64,000 nt of DNA, taken from the NCBI GenBank assembly GCA_012295275.1, contig CM022672.1, forward strand, positions 19,716,001-19,780,000. Reading direction: 5' to 3'. Made by a program: the position numbers and the translations under genes. Origin of the DNA: Chrysomallon squamiferum. Taxonomy: Eukaryota > Animalia > Mollusca. A model generated the notes under the pieces. The model did not search any database. It was not told where the DNA came from and saw nothing but the letters and a program-made list of their open reading frames with translations. Below, piece by piece: positions 1 to 14,720 of the stretch (position 1 is the first letter of the stretch; each line of letters starts with the position of its first letter).

Positions 1-28
1 AATAAAATAAAATAAAATAAAATAAAAT

Positions 29-59
<31 letters not shown>

Positions 60-220
60 TAAAAACAAACAAAAAGAAACAAAACAAAACAAATCAAGAA
101 AATAAAAAATCCAAGACATATGAAAACACCAAAACGTGAGATAATTTCAAATCATTAATGAACTGTTATTTAGAAAATACACATTTTTTGAATATATATT
201 TTTCTATATATATTTTTCAG

Positions 221-318
221 ATCAATTAGACGTCAAACTTCTCATGGAACAAGAACCTACATCATCACATCTACCTACAGTCTACTCTGCCAAACCAGCC
301 TACACTAAGGAAACATAG
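221..318 (+). CDS. Putative 3'-terminal coding exon of an unidentified plus-strand gene entering from the left edge: (x)QLDVKLLMEQEPTSSHLPTVYSAKPAYTKET*
   Basis: Pyrimidine tract plus TTTTTCAG acceptor ending at 220; 2 nt + 32 codons open to TAG at 316-318; higher complexity than the A-rich flank. No recognisable domain. Confidence 0.4.
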
Positions 319-558
319 AATAGAAATTACGTATGTGACATATCAATGTGTATACCACAGTTTTTTAAATCTGAGCTTGAGCTTAGCTTGTTTTTGTTTT
401 ACTGTTAAAAATGTCTTGGTGAAAATATCAAAGTATGAGACAGAAAAAGAGAGAAAAGCAGATTTGTGAAGTAACATTATTATGATGTGCAAACGTTTGT
501 TGGTAAAATAATTTGTGTTTGTGAAACGTTTGTTTCTGGTAAAATAATTTGAGACATT

Positions 559-945
559 TCAGGAGTGAGATTCAATTTCGTGTTTGTGAAATATCGTCAT
601 GTTTCTGAAGTAACGTCAGATGAATGATACAAAGCAAGGTGTGCTATATAAATGTCAGGAGTGAGATTCACAATGTCAGGTTTGTGAAATATCGTCATGT
701 TTGTGAAATAACGTCAGATGAATGATACAAAGCAAGGTGTGCTATATAAATGTCAGGAGTGAGATTCAATGTCAGGTTTGTGAAATATCGTCATGTTTGT
801 GAAGTAAAGTCAGATGAATGATACAAAGCAAGGTGTGCTATATAAATGTCAGGAGTAAGATACAACGTCACATGTATGATAAAACGTCAGGTTTTTACAT
901 AACGTCAGGTTTTGTGAAATAACGTCAGGTTTTGTGAAATAACTT
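559..945. repeat. Minisatellite, about 3 copies of a ~95-bp unit, followed by short AACGTCAGGTTTTGTGAAAT sub-repeats
   Basis: Unit TCAGGAGTGAGATT...TTTGTGAAATATCGTCATGTTT...GTCAGATGAATGATACAAAGCAAGGTGTGCTATATAAATG recurs at about 559, 655 and 753. Confidence 0.9.
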
Positions 946-1077
946 TTGAAATTGCGAATTAAGATCAGATTTGTTAAATAACATCATACACATACTAAAA
1001 CGGCATTATTGGCCAGTTTAATTTTTCTTATAATAAATATTAATTTCAGTAGTTTTAGGAAAAGATTGAAAAAAGAA

Positions 1078-1132
<55 letters not shown>

Positions 1133-2230
1133 TGATGATGATAATAATAATTAAGGGAAATACAGAAAATAAAAAAAAAAACAAACAAAAAAACAATTAA
1201 ATCAGTAAATATGTAGTGCTTAAAGAAAGATGAAATAAAATAAATTACTTATAAAACAACAAGCAAATAAATAAATAAATAAAATGATATCACCTTCATT
1301 GTTCACTTGCCATTAATATTTATATTATGTATACTTATGAACCAAAATGTTTTCGCATTATACAATATGACGATAATTTTATACTGGGATAGGGAAATCA
1401 AAAAAGCTTTTATATATCATACAAAAATAATTACACCGAGAAAATGAAACCGTAATAGCCTCGAGTCAAAGTCAGCCATTATTCAAGTGCATTTAATTGT
1501 GTAAAGTATCGGGTAGCAACTTAGTGATCTAGACAGGTATTTGTACAAACAGATCAAGATACATTACAAATTATAACGAAATCCAAACACAAATAAAAAT
1601 TTGGTCTTGATATTGTACAGGTAATACGAAAGGTCACGAAGGGTTTCGATATTCAAAAACGTACATCTGAAGAATTTTATTCTTGTTTTTCAGATTAAGA
1701 GTGTTAGATATTTGTGTTCAAGACTCAAACAATTGTGTTAGGTATTTTTGTTCAGAGAAATTATTGTTTTAATTTTTAATTTTAATTTTAGAATTTAAAA
1801 AAAAAATTATGGTTGTGTAGAATAAAAAAACACCATTATGGAGAAGTTATAAAATTTATAATCTGATGTTCTAGGATTAATTAATAATGAATGCCTGTGA
1901 GTGTTACGAGTGGGTTATTTAGTTAGTTATTCGTTTATGTATTACATATGTGTTTAATTTTATATAGCGAATTGATGTTAAAATGGTAGGTTTAGTTTGT
2001 TTTTGTTATTAATTATATTTTGTTTTCAATATTTTTAAAAGAAAAAGGAAATATTGTATAATATACTTAATATTCCTGGGATTGTAATTTGAGCATATAT
2101 ACAAATTAGGATAGCAAATTAAAAAAGAAAAAGAAAGAAAGAAAGAAAAACAAAATATGAAAAAAATCAGTTGTTAACGTTTACTTTAAGCAGTTAGATG
2201 AAACAAAAATTAATTTAAAAGGCAGAACTG

Positions 2231-2262
<32 letters not shown>

Positions 2263-3879
2263 TTTTCTGTTCATTTATCCTGTACGGTTTAATAGGATTT
2301 GGTTTTTAGTTTATTATTTAATGTTTGACAAGGACATTAACATGGGTAACTGAAGACTCTCTCTGGATGATGAAATGAAAACACGAGAACAATGTCCAGA
2401 TAGTTACCAGGCTGTGATTGTCCAAACGCAATTCTTGTGAACGATATATCAAGAACTGTGTATGGACATCAGTGCTTGTGACAATGCAACTCCAGCATCT
2501 GGGATACGACACTGCTTGAACGTTCTGGACTTTCCATTCATCAGAGTGTGAGTTTGAAACAGGCCAGTCACAAACTGTTCAGAAGACATTATGTGGGTCA
2601 GACATCAGTGTGAAATAGCTCAGAAGTGACACTAAATGGTTCAGAGATCACCGATAAATGCTTCACATCACTAAATGGTTAGAAGTCAATGTTAAATAGT
2701 TTAGAGGTCAAGGTTAAATGTTTAATGATCAATGTTAAATGAATAAGAAATCGGTGCTTAATATTTTAGAATTCCGAGGTCAGGCTAAAAGGTTCAGTAT
2801 TTTCTGATTCTACAGTATATATCTGATGCGTCACTGCTAAATGTTCCATATTTTATTATTATATTTTTTAATTTGTATTCTGCAATAATGAGGTCACGAT
2901 GGTTGTAAACGGTTTGGTTCTTTGAGACTGAACAACTTTTCAGACACATCTTTCCTAAATTATTCTACAATCTAGGATTCTGCAGTATTTAGAAGTTTTA
3001 TTTTATTCATTTATTAATTAATTATTATATTTTTGGGGATCATTTCATTTCGTCGTTGTTTTGGAATTCTGTAATAGGAAGACTGCACAGGACTCGGAAG
3101 GGATTGCCTTTTTGGGATTCAGTTGTTTCGAATGGGACAGATCAGTGACCTTCTATAGTTTTCACTATTTGTTATAGACTCTTGATTATTTATTTTGATA
3201 TTATGAGCTTTTATAACAGTTTCTTATGAAATAATTAAACAATAATTGTTTTTTGATTACTTTATCTCGTATATATAAACGATTCAATTAGATACAAAAA
3301 CATTTAAAAATAAGAATCTGAATAAAATATTCTATTACGTTTATTTCATAATGTAGACACTAAAATCAGATTAAAACACAGTTCGACATAGGTACCAAAA
3401 CTGTTATATAAAATCCCATCTCAAAGCAATACTGATAGCAACATTAAACTGTAAAGTATTATATAACTAAAAATGAATTAAGCATTATATCGTTATAATT
3501 AAATGTATATGCATGTTAATGTATGTAAGTCAGTGTGTGTTTGTATGTATTTACGTATATACGTATATCTGCCTGTCTGTCAGCCCGTCTCTATGTGTGT
3601 GTGTGTTTGTGTATGTGTGTACGTTCGTAAAATAATAATAGAACTGTTCATAGTGATGTTATCATTGCTTTACTATTGCAGAGTGTATTTAAATTATTGT
3701 TATCGTTTTCTTACATTAAAATATTTGTTATAAATTGTTTTGTTTTTATTCATTGAAAAGTTTTAAAATAAAGGCTGCTAAATGTTTTTCATTTTCAGTA
3801 TGCATATAAAAGTTTGATTTTCATAGCTAACTGCACATTGTATTGGTTTTAAATTTCTGTCGGAAGAGTTGTCTTATTA

Positions 3880-4558
3880 TTATTATTATTATTATTAAAA
3901 TTTTAATTTTATATTTTCTATGAAAGATTTTAAAGCGAAAGTAGTTACTTTCATTTTCTTTATGAATTACTATACAATTCAAAACAGTTTAAAAAGTATT
4001 TCAAAACTGTGCATTTTAACTAAATGATCTATTAGAGACCAAAAAACTATTTTAAGTATTTTATTTATTTATTTTAACTTTGACATTCAATTTTGACATT
4101 TTTGGATTAATTCAATTTGAAATCTAAATGGACAATAATATCAATTTCAATTCAGTAGTTAAATATATTTATGTTATATACAATGTATACAAAAGCATTA
4201 AATTTTACTTTCACGATGAAGTTATTTAGCGAAAGTTTAATTCCAATAACAGAGTTTAAATTCGGATTGAGAACAATATGTTCTGAAATTTTAAAAATGT
4301 AAAATCTTCAGAATACTCATTAATAAATTTAAATGCCAGAGTTTCTAGTTTTTGTTTTTGATGTTGTTGTTATTGTTATTGTTATTATTATTTGTTATTG
4401 TTGTTGTTGTTGTTATTGTTGTCGTTGTTGTTTCTTTTATTTATTTGATGAGCTTTATTGTCGTTTTTGCCCAAATGTATGCACGTTGTATAATGTATAA
4501 ATACATATATATTTAAAGTCCATAATAATAATAATAATAATATAATAATAATAAAAAT

Positions 4559-4613
<55 letters not shown>

Positions 4614-4737
4614 GTATTAGTAGATGTAGTAAAATTAATAATAGTAATATCATTTGAATTAGACTGTTCTTTCTCTCATAGTTACACACACATACGCACA
4701 CACTCATATATTCTCCATACTGGCATAAAACCATTTA
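3880..4737 (+). repeat. Left arm of a long inverted repeat (partner 11135-11930)
   Basis: For example AACTAAATGATCTATTAGAGACCAAAAAACTATTTTAAGTATT (~4018-4060) is the reverse complement of ~11743-11785; homology is colinear along the whole arm. Confidence 0.9.
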
Positions 4738-4797
<60 letters not shown>

Positions 4798-5164
4798 GTT
4801 ATTATACATGTAATACTGTCTACCGTCACCAAAGCGACGTAAACTGTTTTAAATATCCTCATGAAATTTCACTTCACTATACATTGTCTATGTAAAACAA
4901 CCATTCAACGACCATTACACAGTGAAGTACAGAAACACGACACCATTTAATTATTCTCCTAAGCGTAATTCTTCAGTGAGCTACGCGACCTGTGCATCAC
5001 AATGACGTACTGTTTTGTATGAATGGCTGACGCTGGCTTTTTCGTTGCGTAGAATCTATCACAGATAAAATACGTTAGCGTGGATTTTTTTTTTTTTTTT
5101 TTCATCCACGAGTGATTTCCCTTGTGATGCAAAATGAGGACAGAGATGGCCCCGCTGACAGGTT

Positions 5165-5210
<46 letters not shown>

Positions 5211-5305
5211 ACTTTCTGTACTTAACAATGGTTTGAATAATTCCACCAGCATATTTTACAAGGAATGTGTAGTTTAATAATAATATATGAATGGGCGGAT
5301 TTTGC

Positions 5306-5346
<41 letters not shown>

Positions 5347-5556
5347 GATATATGTATATTCTCTGTCTTTTGTACGGTCTGATCAGACTTTGCACTTAGG
5401 CAATAACACACTGACAAAAACCAGTCACGACCTCAAAGACCCATCAGATGCCCTGACAAGACTCGAACGCATGGCACCCGTTCGCCCGCACTTAGTATGT
5501 ATGTATGTATGTATGTATGTATGTATGTATGTATGTATGTATGTACGTACGTACGT

Positions 5557-5603
<47 letters not shown>

Positions 5604-6638
5604 CACATCTATAAGAGTTAAATATGCACATCCCTAGGCACTAGAAAACAAATTCCGTGTCTGTCGTAACCTAATGAAAAGTTAAACGAAAAAGAAAAAA
5701 AAAAAAAAAAAAAATAGAAAAATCACATCTGAGAAATGAAGTGTAGTATTGATTTGATATTTACAGGTTGACGAATGGCGCGCATAGTAAAACATATATC
5801 AATGAAACAGAGCGAAACTGTATCGATCAGGAATTATCTTTGTATTACGAATTGAGCATGTCCCAGTGTTTACATGTTATAGAGAACCAGTGCAGAAACG
5901 AGAAATGTAACTGGAGCGAAAAGTTTCATAATAATAATAATAATAGTAAGATAGTATGTAGTAATAACCGCAATACTAAATATATTAATGATGATGATGA
6001 TGATTATAATGATGATAATGTATTATTACTGTTGTAGCTGTTGCTGTTTTTTTTTTTTTTCTAGTTGTTGTTTGTTTTAATTGTTATTAATATTACTAAT
6101 GTAATAATAATAATAACGACAGTAGTTAAAATAATGGTAATAATTATTATCATCATCGTCATCATCATATTCAATATCATCATATTATTTTTGAAATAAA
6201 TTGTTAGGTTTCCTAAATGTATTTATATGAAAAATAAACGAAATAGCAAAGCTTCCCCTATCATAAATGTTTCCACCACTGGCACCAAACCATCCACAAT
6301 CAGCATCTACATCAACATGCACTTATAATATCACCACCATCTACAACAATATTAGTGTCCCCACACAATGAGCAATGCAACCACAACGCACGAACTACAA
6401 CTCAGACTCAGTCACTGTCAACATCACAACCACCACTACCACCACGACAGTAACAGCATTTCCACACAATCCATAACGATCAACCAACCGCAGCCATTAA
6501 CACCATCAACCCTGCAACCATCAATAACAACCACAACAACAAAAAATAGCTCCCCCCAAAAAAAGTCACCATCATCAACACTGCAACCAATAACAACAAC
6601 AAATACCTCAACAAGAACACCAGAATCATGAACACAGA

Positions 6639-6677
<39 letters not shown>

Positions 6678-6944
6678 CTCAGCACTACAGCAATCACAGC
6701 GACATTAATATAACAATAACAAAAAAAAATGAAAAAAAATCACCAGGTCACCATCACTGATTCTCGATGCTCAATTTAATAATCTGGCTCTGTTATGCAT
6801 CAGGAAATGATTTCGGCTGGCCGATTGTCTAAATCGTTGATAGAAAATTATAAACTATTGATCCAGCAATAGGATAGTCGTATTTGCTGAACTAAACCCT
6901 TCATCACTAAAAATATGCTTCATGATTGCAGTTTTGACGAGTGC

Positions 6945-7430
6945 GGTTAATAATGGCCACAAACCATTTTAAATGCCGTTTATCAAAGCAGCAGAATGAG
7001 ATTAGTTTTCAGATCAAAGCGAGCAAGGAAGACAGAAAGGAAGGAAGAAACATTTCATTTATTAACATTTATTTACGATGATGAAGATAGATTACAGTGA
7101 TAACATACATACATACATACATACATACCTACTTATATGCATATATACATACATACATACTTATATGAATATATACATACATACTTACAGGCCTACATGC
7201 ATATATACATTCATGCATAGGTAATAATGGCCCCTAACCATTTTATGAAATAGTTTTAAGATCAAAGCGAACATGAAGGAAAGTTAGTAAGGAAGAAATG
7301 CTTCATTTATTGACATTTATTTATGATGATACTGACTTGTGACACTGATATAAAACATACATACGTACATACATACATACACATACATAAATACATACAT
7401 ACACACATACATACATTATATAAATACATT
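6945..7430. repeat. Diverged direct duplication (~270-bp period) interleaved with (ACAT)n
   Basis: TAATGGCC..AACCATTTT...TAGTTTT.AGATCAAAGCGA...AAGGAAGAAA...TTCATTTATT.ACATTTATTTA.GATGATG/A occurs at ~6951-7085 and again at ~7225-7330. Confidence 0.75.
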
Positions 7431-7697
7431 CATACGAATTTTGACCTTTGTAAAACATACGTGTCGTAGCCTGCATAACATTTTCGAACAGTTTGTTCGT
7501 TTCTGTAATATAACTATTTAAACAATGTACACAGAATATTTGTGATTAAAACGCGGTTTAATAATCCTTAGAACTGTATAAATATAGCATCATAGATAAA
7601 GAATTTATATTTAATAAAAGTTCGTTTTAAAATATTAAGAAAAGAAATAACAAAGTATGCAATACGTTATTGATGTTAATTCTATTATTTATTTATT

Positions 7698-7730
<33 letters not shown>

Positions 7731-7757
7731 TTTTTTTTTATTTACTTATATATTTTA

Positions 7758-7814
<57 letters not shown>

Positions 7815-10061
7815 TTTTTGTCATATCCTTTATTTTGAATGTATACTTTATTTATTTAATAACTTAAATATTTTTTATGTTTTATACGCCTCATTTATCA
7901 CATTTCCAAATGCTTTACGAGGGTCTGTTCTTTTTCTATAAGTATTTTCTCTTTACACATTCATAATCATATGGAAACACTCACCATAGAGTTTGATAGA
8001 TCTGCCGAAGGACGCTTGTATCAAAAAAAAAAAAAAAATAAAAAAATACAAAAAAAATAAAACAGCAAATAACATGAGGTTAATATTATCAGTATCGATC
8101 TAAATTAATATCTAATATATTGTAAAAAATGCTGGGAAATCATTCCATTTATGTATTTCGGCAATCTCTGTGCTATAGTGTGAAATACAGATTTTTGCTG
8201 TTTGGCCTCATTCGGCGAGTGCGCAATGAATAGGGTAACTGATCACTTTTTTTCAATTCGATTTAATGTCTATTTTTATGTTTGTATATGTTTTGGAACT
8301 CTGACGTAAAATAGCTATGGGTATGGTACAATTTGGTCAAAAAAAAAATCATGTATTTGAAATAACGGCTGATCACGCGAAATACAAAATAAAGTAGTAT
8401 ATACGCAGGTATATGTATGTTATAATGATTTAATAACAAGCAAAATTGTTAAAGAAGTGTTAGGTATTAGAAAAGGAACATGCCAATGATGAGGATGATC
8501 ATGACACAATTACAACAACAACAACAACGATAATAATAGTAATAAATACTAATGACAATATCAATAATAACAGTGTAGTAATAGTAGTAGTTGTGGTGTT
8601 AGTAGTAGTAGCAGTAGTAATAGTAGTATTTTCATTATTATGTTGTTGGAGAAAAGATCTGTATTTGGTGTAAAAGATGGCTGTAAATAAATACAGATTA
8701 AAAAGTTAAAAAATACTTTTCTATAAAATCCTTAACTACAGTAACTGCAATAACTACAATATCAACACAAAAAACACAAAAAAATAAAAAAAAATAAATA
8801 AATAAATAAAGCATATACATATGAATAGAGGTGTATGAAAATCAAGTATTAGATAAAGAAAAATATAAATAAATAAATAAATAACATGTTACAAAATACA
8901 TCCATCATATTTATTGTTCTTTTTTTTTTTTTTCGTTAATGGCTGAATTTTATTTTACTGTTAACTTAAAAAAGAAAATATCAGCCAAGATAGATCAACA
9001 TAAAAATTAATGTAAAGAGAAAAAACTATTTTTGTTATTGCCTATGTTATTATTTATTTTTATTTTTTCATTTTTATAATATATGACAGTTGTATGAAAT
9101 GCATCGATACATTCCAAGAATATACAGAATATTTACAAACACATTTGTTTTTTTTTGTTTGTTTTTTTGTTTTTTTTAAAAAAATGATTTTAAGATCATA
9201 ACAAAAACGTATCCAACAAAGATATAAGTCATCAAACAAAAATTTATTGGCAATGTTACTGAGGCGATGACCGTATTTCGTGAAAGCAGTCATAAAAATT
9301 AGATGCTTTATTCACATGAATTTTTTTATTTTTTAAATAAGAAGATGAAGAAAGTGTCCTTTGTAAAAAAAAAAAAGAAAAAAAAAAGAAAAAACGAAAA
9401 AGAAAAGAAAAAGAAAACTCCATCGCTTAAAGGCGCCATCAGATGTTCTGATCTGAAATTTGCAACAAAAAATTCGCGACAGGAGTCATAATTTTCAGTA
9501 TTTTAAAAAATGTATGTTACATTTATAATTATTATTTTTATATATAAACAAAAAATTTTGAAATAGAAATTTATTAACACTTATTTTAAAAATATAACAC
9601 CAACTACAGACGTTTTCTCGAAAAACATAAAATGCCGATGATGTTGTTGTTTTCTGATGAAGATGATAATAATAATTACTACTACTATTACTACTACTAC
9701 TACTACTACTGCTACTGCTACTGCTACTTCTAGTATTACTGCTACTAACATTATCATCATTATTATTATTATAATATTTATTATTATTATTATTATTATA
9801 ATAGTAATTTTGATAAATGTTTCGCATCTAATGAGCACCTATTTTCAAAGATTAACTTTATATTTAGCACTGGGAAGTCATCAAGATTTTCAAGCTCATC
9901 TATTAATTATTTTAAATAATTATTTCTATCCCCATTTTAACAAGTTCATTTTAATGTTTATATTCATGTCTTTTTATATTTTTGTTTATTATTTTGCACT
10001 TGAACATATTTAGTACGGAAAGGGTAATATAAAATATGGTATAATAATAATGATGATGATG

Positions 10062-10101
<40 letters not shown>

Positions 10102-10567
10102 AAAAAAGTCCTTCCCAAGACATTGGAGCTTCTCAGAAGGGTCACCATTTTGTTTATGATCATGATGGTCGCTTGCAAATGATTACGATGATTATGATGC
10201 CAATAGTGATAATAAGAAAACAATAAGATAACAGCAACAGCAACAACAACAACAACAACAACCAGATGTATTATTTTTGGAATCGTGATAAAGCGACTGG
10301 TGTGAAAGCGCCTTTAATGTTTACACCAGGGTTTTACACACACTGATAAGTTAAGTCTTGTTCACCATTGCTTCAAAGACCAGAATTCAATCCACTCCCG
10401 CTGATTTGCGGCTTAATGACCGTGCTGCCGCCCATAAAAATGCCAAACCATTGTCCAAACATGGCCATTAATACTAAAGTTGTTAGACAGTGTGAAAAGA
10501 AAACGTATTCACTGACTGTTTAATATTTAGACACATTCAAAATCCAGGCTGTATATGTAGGTGGTGA

Positions 10568-10601
<34 letters not shown>

Positions 10602-11134
10602 AAAAAAAACATGAGACTATGCCTTACGTTAAAAATAGCAGAAACAATTTTTACATTTCAAAAAGACACATGTCGATATTTACAGACACAAATGCTTTGA
10701 AAAAGAGAAAGCAGTTACATATCGAAGAGATTTTTATGTGGGACAATTACATGTTTGATCAATTACCTTTTAAATAATTGTAAAGCGTATTACAAGCTCA
10801 AGACGTTATTACTATTAGTATTATTATTTTTTATTATTATTAGTATTATTAACAAGTCATAAATAGTTTTATGGAATAAAAATGAATAAATAATGATTAT
10901 TTATTTGTTTAACGATCGTATTTTAGGATTAACTTAGAGCATATAATTTTTTTAATTTTTTTATTTTTGAGTCTGAGAGAAAAATCCTGTATCACCTCTC
11001 CCCGGATTACTCTTACCGGTTGAACACTGAATTATGCACCTTCCCACGAACATGAAAACTCACATTATTATTTTTGACACAGAAGTCCAAAGGTTTGGGT
11101 TTAATTAGAAATCATCATCGATAAGCACATTACT

Positions 11135-11930
11135 TAAAGGGTTTTACGCCAGTATGAAGAGTAAATGAGTTTGTTCGTATGTGTGTGTGTGTAACTATGA
11201 GATACAGAATAGTCGATTCAAATGATGATAACTACAATTATTACTGTTATTAGTTTTACTATATCTAGTAACACTATAACTATTACTGTAAGAATTATTA
11301 TTATTGATCTTAAATATATATATTTATACATTATACAATGTGCATACATACGGGCAAAAACGACAATACATTTCAGCAAATAAATAAAAGAAACAACATC
11401 AACATCAACATCAACAACATCGAAAACAACAACAACAATAAAAATAATAATAACAATAACAAAAACAACAACAACAAAAACAAAAACTAGAAACTCTGGC
11501 ATTTAAATTTATTAATGAGTATTCTGAAGATTTTACATTTTTTAAATTTCAGAATATATCGAGAAGATCCGAGTTTGAACTTTGATATTGGAATTAAATT
11601 TTCGCTTAATAACTTCATCATTAAAATTTAATGTTTTTGCATATTTCGTATATAACATAAATTACTATTTAATTACAGATTTCAAATTGAATTAATCCAA
11701 AAATGTCAAAATTGAATGTCAAAATTAAAATAAATAAATAAAATACTTAAAATAGTTTTTTGGTCTCTAATAGATCATTTAGTTAAAAAGCACAGTTTTG
11801 AAATACTTTTTAATTGTTTTGAATTGTATTGTAATTCATAGAGAAAATGAAAGTAACTAATTTAGCTTTAAAATCTTTCATAGAAAATATAAAATGAAAT
11901 TTTTAATAATATTAATAATAATAATAATAA
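11135..11930 (-). repeat. Right arm of the long inverted repeat (partner 3880-4737)
   Basis: Reverse-complement match to 3880-4737, including the non-microsatellite blocks. Confidence 0.9.
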
Positions 11931-12135
11931 TAATAATGATGATGATGACGACGATGATGATAATAATAATAAAAACAACAATAGTAATAATAATAATGAT
12001 AATAATAATAATAATAAAATAATAATAATAGCAGCAACAAAATGAATAAATAAACTAAAAAAAACAATAAACAAAAAAAGAAGAAAATGAATAAAGAACA
12101 AAACAACAACGACGACGATGATGATGATGATGATG

Positions 12136-12188
<53 letters not shown>

Positions 12189-12734
12189 AATAAATATATT
12201 AATTAATTAATAAATAAAATAAAATATTTATTGGAATAGAAAGATAAATAGATAAACAAATATCGTACTGTTTATGAATTTGAATATTCGAAATTCGTTA
12301 CTACAAGGACATGCTCAATTGTAGCATGAATAAAAGATGAATCAAAGAGCATGTTTGATGGTATATAAATTATGCATATAGTTTCGGTATGCTGGGAAAT
12401 ACATCACTAAAAAGAGGCTGATTGTTAAATCATTCGAAATTTTAAATTTAAATGTGTATTCAAATATTTAATTTTTCACATTAATCTACAGGAGATCTTT
12501 TAAATTACTTAGGTGTGGTGCAAAACGTCTTTCATTCACAGCGGTTGAGAAACTTTCTGAATTATTTATCAATCATTACATAGATGTAAAAAAAAATATA
12601 TATATATATTAAAAAGACAAACAAATATGCAAACAAAGAAACAACGACAAAAACAAACATAATGGCGCTTTGAGTTTGGGAAGGGTAAAAAAGAAGAGTA
12701 AATTTTTCGATCAGAATTTTGTTTTAAAATTAGT

Positions 12735-12819
<85 letters not shown>

Positions 12820-13599
12820 TATGTATATGTAACTGTATGTATGTGTATATGTTTATCTGTTTATCCACAAATCTAGCTACCTATATCTCTCTATATATGT
12901 CTGTCTGTCTGTATTTTTGTATCTTTCTAGATATCCACACGTAGATATACACAGACAAATATAAAACGTGCACAGACACATGCACGTATACTTACATATC
13001 AACATACATCCATCCATCCGATCTTTCATAAATACATATTTATTTACGTATGTATACCTTTAAATATTTTGCTACTTTTTATCAGCAGAAACGCATAGCT
13101 TATTTTCTTTCTCTTTCAACGATAAAATATTAATTACCTGACATATATAACAGGAAAATGAAAATATACCTTGGTGCTAAGTGAACAGATAGTAAATACA
13201 CACACGTTTTCGTAAATACGGACCCACGCACACTCACTGCTTAAAATCAGTGGCGGTCTCGTTAAACAGATATTTTTGAAAACTGATGCTAATAAATATA
13301 TACATTAGTTAAACTGTAGCTGTATCACAGGCCGTTATTTACAAGCAATGCTTTCATTAACCGCCATTACCCAGGCAAGGGAAACCACTGCAATTTTGTA
13401 CTCGCTCTTCTTAGATTGTTTTGCTATGGTTGCTTCCCTTACTATAGAATGACTCTAAAACTTTAGTTCGTGCTGAAAACTCAAAACATATTACTTAAAT
13501 ATTTTTATTATACCACCAGCAGATAAATTTCGTGTTCTAATTGTCGTTTTATTTCCATTCATTTCGAATGAAAAAGCAAAAACCAGAACTTTATTTCAG

Positions 13600-13849
13600 T
13601 TAGTGCGTCAGACCAGCCCACGTGACTACAAATTCTGCCTCGTTCACTTTGCCGTTAGCTGTAAATAAATGAAGTTTGTAATTAATTCTGAACAGAAAAC
13701 GTTTTATAATTATTGAGTTGTAATACAAGCTAACACACACACACACACACACACACTTACATTCATGCATACAAATATGTATACATATATACATACATAC
13801 ATACATACAAATATACATACGTACTTACATACCAACTCAATCTCTCAGA

Positions 13850-13940
<91 letters not shown>

Positions 13941-14252
13941 ATATGTGAGTATATATATATACAGAACGAATATTTTGTTAAACCAAATTCAAAAATGAAC
14001 TAATTCTTGTACCATCTAAGTCGAAGTAGTGGAAGATTCTTGCCAGGTCGGGGTCGTCGGTGATGAAGCCGTTCTGGTCTGTGTCAGCGCGGTGGAAGAG
14101 GTACGTGGCCGACTGCTGGTCGCCAAGGTTCCTCTGCAGCCAGACGGTTAAAAACTCAGTCTGAGAAATCTTACCATCGCCTGAATACGTAAACAGAATG
14201 GAAAGGAAGGAATTTACGTTACGTTAATAATGTTATTATTATTAAAGCAATA

Positions 14253-14325
<73 letters not shown>

Positions 14326-14456
14326 GAATTATAGAAACGTAGATGATTATACGGACAACTATGCACATTTAAAGAGAGAATGAATGACAGAGATCGATAT
14401 ATATATATAAATGTATATGTATGTATGTATGTGTATATATATATATATACATATAC

Positions 14457-14493
<37 letters not shown>

Positions 14494-14637
14494 CATATAT
14501 ATATACATATACATTTACACACACACACGCACAGAGCGAGTTAGAGACAGACAGAGAGAGAGAGAGAGAGAGAGAGCTAAAGAAAGAAAGAGAGAAAGAG
14601 ATAAACCAAAAGATATGTAAAAAATATAGAAATACTT

Positions 14638-14720
<83 letters not shown>

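Noticed and set aside
4959-5070. Possible minus-strand exon (…FYATKKPASAIHTKQYVIVMHRSRSSLKNYA*)
   Set aside because: No recognisable homology, weak acceptor and no linked exons.
5370-5495. tRNA-like B-box (GTTCGAGTC) on the minus strand; a similar motif near 41600-41630
   Set aside because: No cloverleaf can be built; more likely eroded tRNA-derived SINE heads than tRNA genes.
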